Assembly (NCBI GenBank): GCA_038064515.1
Contig: JBBTSY010000004.1
Location: 32,585-96,584 of the forward strand
DNA length: 64,000 nucleotides
From: Patescibacteria group bacterium
GTDB lineage: Bacteria; Patescibacteriota; Minisyncoccia; 2-02-FULL-40-12; GWA2-44-9
Reading direction: 5' to 3'
A program made the position numbers and the translations under genes. Positions 57,614 through 64,000 of the stretch are shown here, piece after piece (positions within the stretch are counted from its first letter, which is position 1; each line of letters begins with the position of its first letter). Under the pieces are notes generated by a model. That model was given only the letters and a program-made list of their open reading frames with translations. It had not been told where the DNA came from and made no database searches.

Positions 57614-59611
57614 ATGTTCAAACTAGTTTCTCGCTATAAACCGGCCGGCGATCAGCCTGAAGCCATCGAAAAGCTCACGCAAGGGCTCAAGAAGGGCAAA
57701 AAGCATCAGGTGCTTTTGGGCGTCACCGGATCGGGAAAAACATTCACGATGGCTCACGTCATCGCTAACTATGAAAAACCGACACTCATCATCTCGCATA
57801 ATAAAACACTTGCCGCCCAGCTCTATCGCGAATTCAAAGAATTTTTCCCGCACAATGCCGTCCATTATTTTGTAAGCTACTATGATTACTACCAGCCGGA
57901 AGCATATATTCCCCACTCGCATACATATATCGAAAAAGATTCCAAAATCAACGAAGAGATTGATCGGCTTCGACACGCGGCGACGCAGGCATTGATGGCC
58001 CGTGACGATGTAATCATCGTCGCTTCAGTTTCCTGTATCTACAATCTCGGCTCTCCCGAAGATTATCGCGCCATGGGTTTGGAAATATTCGAAAAAAAGA
58101 AGATTACTTCTTCAGAACTGATCCGCAACCTTATCCGCCTGCAATATGCTCATGATATTGAATTGAAACGCGGAACATTCCGCAAAACCCGTGATGAACT
58201 GGAGATCGTAAATCCGAGCGGTGAAGAAATCATAAAAATCCGGTTCAAAAATGATGTTATCTACGGTATCAGCCGCGCAATCATCAAGAACGCAGAAGAG
58301 CTGGAGACGAGTATTCCCGCCTTCGAAAAAATTGTTGAAACCACTATCTTTCCGGCGAAATATTGGATAACTACCGATAATAAGATCGGCCTGGCCGTGG
58401 AAAATATCAAGAGCGAACTCCAGAAACGAGTTCAACAGCTTAAGAAACTCGGCAAGAGCGAAGAAGCCGCGCGTCTCCAGGAAAAAACACTCAACGACAT
58501 TCAGATGATGCGCCAAACCGGATACTGTCATGGAATTGAGAATTACTCGATGCACTTGGATTTCAGAAAACCAGGTGCGCCGCCGTTCAGCTTGCTCGAC
58601 TTCTTTAAAAGCAAGGGAGATTTTTTGACGATCGTCGACGAATCGCATATTTCAATTCCCCAGCTTCGCAGTATGCATAGTGGCGATTACTCGCGTAAAA
58701 AGACGCTCGTGGACTACGGATTTCGTTTGCCTTCCGCGATTGATAATCGCCCTTTAAAGTTTCCGGAATTCCAACAACGCGTCCGGAAAACCGTCTATGT
58801 TTCCGCCACTCCCGGAAAATATGAACTGGAGAAAGCGGGCAAGAATAATATTGCCGAGCAAGTCGTTCGTCCAACCGGGCTTCTTGATCCTACAATTGAA
58901 ATCTGTCCCACAAAAGATCAAATCCCTCATCTCATCGAAAATATCAAAAAACGAACATCAAAAGGAGATCGGGTTATTGTCACTACGCTTACGAAACGCA
59001 TGGCGGAAGATTTATGCGAGCACTTAGGCGATAAGGGTATCAAAGTAAACTACTTGCACTCGGAAATTAAAACTCTCGACCGATTGAAAATTCTCAAAGA
59101 CTTCCGCTTGGGCATTTACGACGTTATTGTGGGCGTGAATCTTTTAAGAGAGGGACTGGATCTGCCCGAGGTGTCGCTCATCGCCATTCTTGATGCCGAT
59201 AAAGAAGGGTTCCTTCGCAATACAACGACGCTCATTCAAACCATGGGCCGAGCGGCTCGCAATATTAATGGCCACGTGATTATGTACGCGAATAAGCTCA
59301 CAAAATCCATCGCTTCTGCCATCAGTGAGACTACGCGCCGCCGCAAAAAGCAGAATGCTCATAATAAAAAACATGAGATTGAGCCAACTTCAATCAAGCG
59401 TCATATTTCAAGCGTGGAAATATCAAATCCCAAAGTACTGAACGATAATCGGACTGGCGACAATAGTTCTAATATCACCTTCTCAAGCCCCCGCAAACAG
59501 GCCCAAATCACTCAACTTACTAAACTGATGGAAAAAGCGGCTTACAAACTTGATTATGAACAAGCGCTCATGATCCGCGAGCAGATCCAAAAGCTTAAGC
59601 ACAAAGAATAG
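57614..59611 (+). CDS. uvrB: Excinuclease ABC subunit B
   Basis: GVTGSGKTF, the beta-hairpin YYDYYQPEAY, helicase motifs and a UVR C-terminus. Confidence 0.95.
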   Translation: MFKLVSRYKPAGDQPEAIEKLTQGLKKGKKHQVLLGVTGSGKTFTMAHVIANYEKPTLIISHNKTLAAQLYREFKEFFPHNAVHYFVSYYDYYQPEAYIPHSHTYIEKDSKINEEIDRLRHAATQALMARDDVIIVASVSCIYNLGSPEDYRAMGLEIFEKKKITSSELIRNLIRLQYAHDIELKRGTFRKTRDELEIVNPSGEEIIKIRFKNDVIYGISRAIIKNAEELETSIPAFEKIVETTIFPAKYWITTDNKIGLAVENIKSELQKRVQQLKKLGKSEEAARLQEKTLNDIQMMRQTGYCHGIENYSMHLDFRKPGAPPFSLLDFFKSKGDFLTIVDESHISIPQLRSMHSGDYSRKKTLVDYGFRLPSAIDNRPLKFPEFQQRVRKTVYVSATPGKYELEKAGKNNIAEQVVRPTGLLDPTIEICPTKDQIPHLIENIKKRTSKGDRVIVTTLTKRMAEDLCEHLGDKGIKVNYLHSEIKTLDRLKILKDFRLGIYDVIVGVNLLREGLDLPEVSLIAILDADKEGFLRNTTTLIQTMGRAARNINGHVIMYANKLTKSIASAISETTRRRKKQNAHNKKHEIEPTSIKRHISSVEISNPKVLNDNRTGDNSSNITFSSPRKQAQITQLTKLMEKAAYKLDYEQALMIREQIQKLKHKE

Positions 59612-59698
59612 TTTCGAGGGCGTGTCTTGTGGTTTTTTAGAAATCATGATATGCTTTTCGAACTAAAAACTAATCATTATAAACTAGTAACTATCCAT

Positions 59699-59962
59699 AT
59701 GCCGAATACAAAATCAGCCATTAAGGCACTGCGACAATCAAGAAAACGACGAGTCAAAAATCTCGGCAAAAAAGACGCTTATAAGTCGGCCGTAAAGGAG
59801 TTTAAGAAATTACTTATTGCCGGCAAATTTGATGAAGCGAAACAGCTCTTGCCAAAGGTCTATCAAAAACTCGACAAAGCAACTAAGGCTAATGTTATCA
59901 AAAAGAACAAGGCCAGCCGCTTGAAATCAAAAGCCTCTAAAATGCTTGCCCGTCCAAAATAA
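59699..59962 (+). CDS. rpsT: 30S ribosomal protein S20
   Basis: MPNTKSAIKALRQS... The ORF track starts earlier, at 59627, but the S20 N-terminus begins at 59699. Confidence 0.85.
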   Translation: MPNTKSAIKALRQSRKRRVKNLGKKDAYKSAVKEFKKLLIAGKFDEAKQLLPKVYQKLDKATKANVIKKNKASRLKSKASKMLARPK

Positions 59963-59988
59963 ATGATATAGCTAGCAGTGAAATACAT

Positions 59989-60013
59989 AAAACCCCGCAA
60001 TCGGCGGGGTTTT
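59989..60013 (+). terminator. rpsT terminator
   Basis: aaaaCCCCGC-aatcg-GCGGGGtttt. Confidence 0.75.
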
Positions 60014-60014
60014 A

Positions 60015-60174
60015 AGAACCCATCTCAATAATGCTTTTCATGCCGAAATTTCAGGATTATGAGCGAAAAGAGTGAAGAGTGAGGAAGCAGAGTGGTACTC
60101 TGCTGACGAGATCTGATCTCTTTGCAGCCAGAATCCTGAAATTGCAGGCGAAAGGGTGTTATTGAGATGGGTTC
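60015..60174. mobile_element. MITE-like palindromic element, copy 2 (160 bp), with 17 bp TIRs
   Basis: About 99% identical to copy 1 apart from the 47 bp indel. Its right TIR overlaps the ftsW stop codon. Confidence 0.75.
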
Positions 60175-61250
60175 TAAGTATGCTTGGATATGTTCAATAT
60201 AATACCGATACCGCTCAAGAGCGCGAGCGTTGCGGTACCGCCATAGCTCACAAAAGGAAGCGGTAGACCGGTAAGAGGCCCCAGGCCGGTTACTGCGGCA
60301 ATATTAATAAACACTTGCACCACGATCCAAGTAGCGATTCCCATCACATAAAGCTTAGCGAATTTATCAGGCGCTTTTTTCGCAATCTGCGCCATGAAGA
60401 AAGCAAGTAATAAAAATAGGGATATAAGGACACCTGCCCCGATTAATCCTAATTCCTCCACAATTACGGCGAATATCGAATCTCCCACTGCTTCAGGCAG
60501 AAAACCGAACTTTTGAGTGCTCTTCCCGAAGCCGACGCCAAAAACTCCACCAGAACCGATCGCAATTAGGGACTGATTGAGTTGGTAAGAAATGCCTCGC
60601 GGGTCAAAAGAAGGATTCAAAAAAGTCTTCACGCGATTCAGTCGATAGGGCGCTAAGAAAATCAGTCCCCCACCGATGAGCAAACCGATAAGGATCATGA
60701 TAGCAAAGTCTTTCCAGCGCACTCCAGCCACCAGGTAAACTCCCAGCGCTATCGCGACAACAATAATAAGCGTTCCCAAATCCGGCTGGAGCATCAGTAA
60801 TAAGCCAATAAATCCAACTACCAGAAAGAATGGAATGATTCCATATGTCCAATTTTTTATCCTATCATTGCGCCCCCCAAACCAGGCGGCAAAATAAATG
60901 ACAAGGGCCAGTTTAATAAATTCCGCGGGCTGAAACGTTTGTCCGAAAACTTTGATCCAGCTCTGCGCATTATTGATTTTCAATCCCACTCCCGGAACAA
61001 ACACAAGAATCATGAAAGCCAAGGCTCCAAAGAGAATTGGCAAAGAAAATTTACGCCAATATTTATAGTCAATTTTTGACAAAATTACCATCACGAGGAG
61101 ACCGGGCACTACCGCAAATAAGAACTGGTGTTTTACGAAAAAATATGCGGAACCGAATTGCTTTCCCCCCTCGATAATCCCCGCTGAAGATAGCGCGACG
61201 AGCCCAAACGCTATCAGTGTAATGGTCGTCCAGAGTAGCTTCTTATCCAT
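60174..61250 (-). CDS. ftsW: SEDS-family peptidoglycan glycosyltransferase FtsW/RodA
   Basis: 10 TM SEDS pattern. It sits adjacent to mraY. Confidence 0.85.
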   Translation of the reverse strand: MDKKLLWTTITLIAFGLVALSSAGIIEGGKQFGSAYFFVKHQFLFAVVPGLLVMVILSKIDYKYWRKFSLPILFGALAFMILVFVPGVGLKINNAQSWIKVFGQTFQPAEFIKLALVIYFAAWFGGRNDRIKNWTYGIIPFFLVVGFIGLLLMLQPDLGTLIIVVAIALGVYLVAGVRWKDFAIMILIGLLIGGGLIFLAPYRLNRVKTFLNPSFDPRGISYQLNQSLIAIGSGGVFGVGFGKSTQKFGFLPEAVGDSIFAVIVEELGLIGAGVLISLFLLLAFFMAQIAKKAPDKFAKLYVMGIATWIVVQVFINIAAVTGLGPLTGLPLPFVSYGGTATLALLSGIGIILNISKHT

Positions 61251-62327
61251 TTAGAAGATATTTTTTATCTTCGAATCGACAAGGAAAATAATCAGACCTA
61301 CGACAGCGCCTAGAGCACTAATCATCCAGAATCGCATCGTCACTTGTGTTTCAGGCCACCCGAGAGCTTCAAAATGATGATGAATCGGCGTGGAAAAGAA
61401 AATTTTCTTGTTGCGGATTTTCTTTGAAATCATCTGAATGATTACGGACAGTGATTCGGCAAAAAAGATGACGGCAATAATCGGAAGCAAAAACGGAGTA
61501 TCCGTCAGCATAGCCACGGCACCGACAGTAAAGCCCAATGCCATAACGCCCGTATCACCCATGAAGAACTTTGCAGGATAAATATTGTACCAGAGAAAAC
61601 CCACTAACGCTCCCATGATGGCCGCCATGAACGTCGTCATATCCATCATGGTTTGGTCAAAAGTAATAGCCGCCAAAGCGCCAAAAATCGTCATGAACAC
61701 CCCTCCCGACAAACCGTCTAAACCATCGGTCTCATTGGCAGAGAATGCGGTCGCCACGATCACCAGAATGAAAAAAGGAATATACCACCAGCCCAGAAAT
61801 ACCGTACCGAGAAATGGCACAGCTACGCTAACATGGCCAAGCTTATAGTAGAACCACCAAGCACCAAGCAACGCAACGATTGTATAAAACAATAAGCGGC
61901 GACGCATCGAGAATCCACCACGTTTCATAACACCTAGGATATCATCAACCAAACCGACGAGACCGGCAAATATCAAGAATCCGAGCGGCAACAGCGTCTC
62001 CTTTCGAGAAAGAAAATTAAACTGATCCCAAATACCGTTAAAGAATCGAGACATCAGCCAGGATACTCCGGTAATAACGGTAACGGTAATCCAGATTGGT
62101 AGCCCGCCCATGGTCGGAGTTCCTTCTTTCTTTTTATGGAAAGACATGAAGACCGGCGCGTTGGTTCTTTCAATTTCCTTGCCAGGTTTAAAACGCTTCT
62201 GCAGAACTTTAAGCCAGAAATGGGTAATAACGATATTGAGAGCAAATGCTATTACACCAACGCCGAAAATCCGAACGACGTTGAAGATATTAAATTGATC
62301 AAGACTTATAACAACATCCATCCTCAC
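61251..62327 (-). CDS. mraY: Phospho-N-acetylmuramoyl-pentapeptide transferase
   Basis: MraY motifs (DDxxG, NETDGLDGL). The probable ATG start is at 62319-62321; the ORF track begins at the GTG at 62327. Confidence 0.9.
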   Translation of the reverse strand: MRMDVVISLDQFNIFNVVRIFGVGVIAFALNIVITHFWLKVLQKRFKPGKEIERTNAPVFMSFHKKKEGTPTMGGLPIWITVTVITGVSWLMSRFFNGIWDQFNFLSRKETLLPLGFLIFAGLVGLVDDILGVMKRGGFSMRRRLLFYTIVALLGAWWFYYKLGHVSVAVPFLGTVFLGWWYIPFFILVIVATAFSANETDGLDGLSGGVFMTIFGALAAITFDQTMMDMTTFMAAIMGALVGFLWYNIYPAKFFMGDTGVMALGFTVGAVAMLTDTPFLLPIIAVIFFAESLSVIIQMISKKIRNKKIFFSTPIHHHFEALGWPETQVTMRFWMISALGAVVGLIIFLVDSKIKNIF

Positions 62328-62330
62328 AAC

Positions 62331-62594
62331 TCACCGAGCCTCTGCAAGGCTGTCTTTCAGCCTACGCTTGAGCCCGGATAAGGCATTAGTACGTAATTTC
62401 AAGTTATGTTCTCGTGCCAAAGCATCAGCCTTGCTTTTGTATGCTTCAAAATACACTAGTTCATACGGCCCTCGATTTTTAGTAGCAGTACTCATGTTGG
62501 CGTTGTGTTCTATGATTCTTTTGGCTACATTTTGTGTGTAGCCAATATAGATTACTTTATTTCGTTTACTTTCAAGGATATAGACATAGAACAT
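62331..62594 (-). CDS. GIY-YIG domain protein (second stand-alone copy)
   Basis: MFYVYILESKRNKVIYIGYT...RIIEHN...ELVYFEAY. The ORF-track upstream extension overlaps the dacA-like gene and is unlikely to be coding. Confidence 0.65.
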   Translation of the reverse strand: MFYVYILESKRNKVIYIGYTQNVAKRIIEHNANMSTATKNRGPYELVYFEAYKSKADALAREHNLKLRTNALSGLKRRLKDSLAEAR

Positions 62595-62625
62595 AAGGCT
62601 CGGTGAGTGTAAGGATCCATAATAA

Positions 62626-63585
62626 TTATTCCCAGCGATAGGCATCAGTGATCCAGTCGACAAGCTTGCGCGTATCGCCAAAACGATCCTTTGACCCCAG
62701 GATGATACTGACAATCTTATCACGATAACCGGGAATATCGACAATCAAGATCATGGATCCCAGCGCCGCATCGGTGTAGCCGGTCTTCCCGCCGGAGATA
62801 TTGGGAATTGTGCCCAACAGCTCGTTGGTATTTTCGATAGAATGCACGATAGCTCCGTCTTCGGAAGTGAGAACAATTTCCTTCACCTGCAATAACGTCC
62901 AAATTTCATTGTACCGGAGAGCGTAAACCACCAGCCTTACAAGATCTTGCGTGGTAGAGTAACCATTGTCATTTAATCCAGCCGGATCAAGAAATAGGGA
63001 CTCGCCCATGGCGATTTGTTCGGCTTTTTTGTTCATTTCGGCAAGAAAATCGATGCCTAGAGTCTTTGCATGCGCCGCGATAGCGTACGCCGCATCATTT
63101 GATGATTCGATGAGCATCATCTTCATAAGGTTCTTGATGCGCATTTGTTCGCCTGCTTCCAAACTCCTGCGCAATCCGTCGACTCGCACCGAATCTTTTC
63201 CAACAGTTGCGATATCCTCCGGGTTAAGTTTTTCAATAGTCACAATAGCACTCAAAATTTTTGTTAAAGAAGCAATCGGAAGGCGCTTTTTCGTATCTTG
63301 CGCAAAAAGAAATCGTGAGGATTGAGTATCATAGACAATGGCCGATCGTGCCGTCAATTCCGGACGTTTCCGGCTCGAATCCAGAAAAGGAATATAAGAA
63401 GTTTCGGAAGCGGGAAATACATAGGCAAAAGCCTCATTGGAGATGGCTTTTTGGTCTTGCTTTAGAACGGTTGGCTCGTCCTGGGGCTGTTCGGCATTAA
63501 TAACCCGAAACAAGTTAATTCCCGCGATAGCGAGAACAAGAACTGCCACTACCGAAACCGTAGATTGTACTGAAAGCCGTTTCAT
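62626..63585 (-). CDS. D-alanyl-D-alanine carboxypeptidase (S11, DacA-like)
   Basis: SLTK (SxxK), SSN and KTG motifs. N-terminal anchor. Confidence 0.8.
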   Translation of the reverse strand: MKRLSVQSTVSVVAVLVLAIAGINLFRVINAEQPQDEPTVLKQDQKAISNEAFAYVFPASETSYIPFLDSSRKRPELTARSAIVYDTQSSRFLFAQDTKKRLPIASLTKILSAIVTIEKLNPEDIATVGKDSVRVDGLRRSLEAGEQMRIKNLMKMMLIESSNDAAYAIAAHAKTLGIDFLAEMNKKAEQIAMGESLFLDPAGLNDNGYSTTQDLVRLVVYALRYNEIWTLLQVKEIVLTSEDGAIVHSIENTNELLGTIPNISGGKTGYTDAALGSMILIVDIPGYRDKIVSIILGSKDRFGDTRKLVDWITDAYRWE

Positions 63586-64000
63586 TTTTTGATATCCAAA
63601 TTCAGCTCTTTAAGCTGTTTCGGTGAAATTACGGAAGGACTTTCCATCATAAGATCGCGGGCGTCACCAGTTTTGGGAAACGCAATTACTTCGCGGATAT
63701 TGGGCTCATTGTGAAGGAGAGATACAAGACGATCAAAGCCCCAGGCAATTCCACCATGCGGCGGAGTTCCATGCCGAAATGCCGTAAGCATGTGGCCAAA
63801 ATTTGATTCAATTTTTTCATTTTCAAGGCCCATGATTTCAAAAACCTTTTTTAATGCTTCGGCGCGATGATTGCGAATACTGCCGCCGCCGATCTCTAGG
63901 CCGTTGAGTACGACATCGTATTGCGAGGTAAGAATGTCGCCGATATTATTTTTACCCATCAAATCCGACATATATTCAGGCTTAGGCGCGGAAAACGGAT
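63582..64000 (-). CDS. aspS: Aspartyl/asparaginyl-tRNA synthetase, C-terminal part (the gene runs off the window end)
   Basis: Class II motif 3 region: GLEIGGGSIR...PPHGGIAWGFDRLV...IREVIAFPK. Confidence 0.75.
   Translation of the reverse strand, partial: PFSAPKPEYMSDLMGKNNIGDILTSQYDVVLNGLEIGGGSIRNHRAEALKKVFEIMGLENEKIESNFGHMLTAFRHGTPPHGGIAWGFDRLVSLLHNEPNIREVIAFPKTGDARDLMMESPSVISPKQLKELNLDIKK

Noticed and set aside
57617-57630. ACTAGTTTCT near-copy of the 12-mer
   Set aside because: It lies within the uvrB coding start (MFKLVSRY), is only a partial match, and probably occurs by chance.
1-64000. CRISPR arrays, rRNA genes, transposases and integrases
   Set aside because: I found no short direct repeats with regular spacing, no 16S/23S/5S signatures and no DDE or tyrosine-recombinase ORFs. 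The only mobile-type feature is the MITE-like pair.

Overview
This 64 kb window looks like a compact, gene-dense bacterial chromosome segment. Most genes are on the minus strand, many overlap by about 4 nt, and ProRS is archaeal-type. A presenilin-like protease, GtrA plus GT-C glycosyltransferases and several eroded genes are also present. Together these are typical of reduced genomes such as the Candidate Phyla Radiation (Patescibacteria), but that placement is inference only. The core content is cell-envelope and housekeeping machinery: murB, murG, mraY, ftsW/rodA, a Mur ligase, FemAB, PBP2, mreBCD, a DacA-like carboxypeptidase, ftsQ-like, lon, ruvA, uvrB, dnaX, holB, serS, lysS, proS, part of aspS, greA, frr, rseP, engB, a DEAD-box helicase, rpsT, glgA and GH57. 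There is one tRNA-Gln. I saw no CRISPR array, rRNA, transposase or integrase. The unexplained structure falls into eight groups. (1) A roughly 160 bp MITE-like element with perfect 16-17 bp terminal inverted repeats occurs twice, at 41.7 kb and 60.0 kb, each copy abutting a gene terminus. (2) A long-range RNA helix motif (5' AUGAAUCC ... GGAUGAAU 3', where the last AUG is the start codon) recurs upstream of greA, an O-antigen-ligase-like gene and a coiled-coil/ATPase operon, with compensatory base changes between copies. (3) A quasi-palindromic 12-mer, ATAGTTTCTAGT, sits exactly on gene boundaries near dnaX, gtrA, serS and proS. (4) Two diverged isochorismatase-family paralogs flank a methyltransferase-GNAT-SDR cassette, with a GC-rich 400 nt non-coding insert between them. 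(5) An 820 aa VirD4/TraG-type coupling-protein-like ATPase with an uncharacterised N-terminal domain sits in an operon with GtrA and a coiled-coil protein, next to two tandem GT39-type glycosyltransferases. (6) Three genes appear eroded: an FtsX remnant, an M23 peptidase frameshifted at an A5 run, and a cupredoxin gene with an in-frame TAA. (7) Three GC-rich structured non-coding regions of 400-600 nt could be unrecognised ncRNAs. (8) Two stand-alone GIY-YIG mini-nuclease genes sit at operon ends. No class assignment could be made for the candidate ncRNAs without running covariance-model searches.
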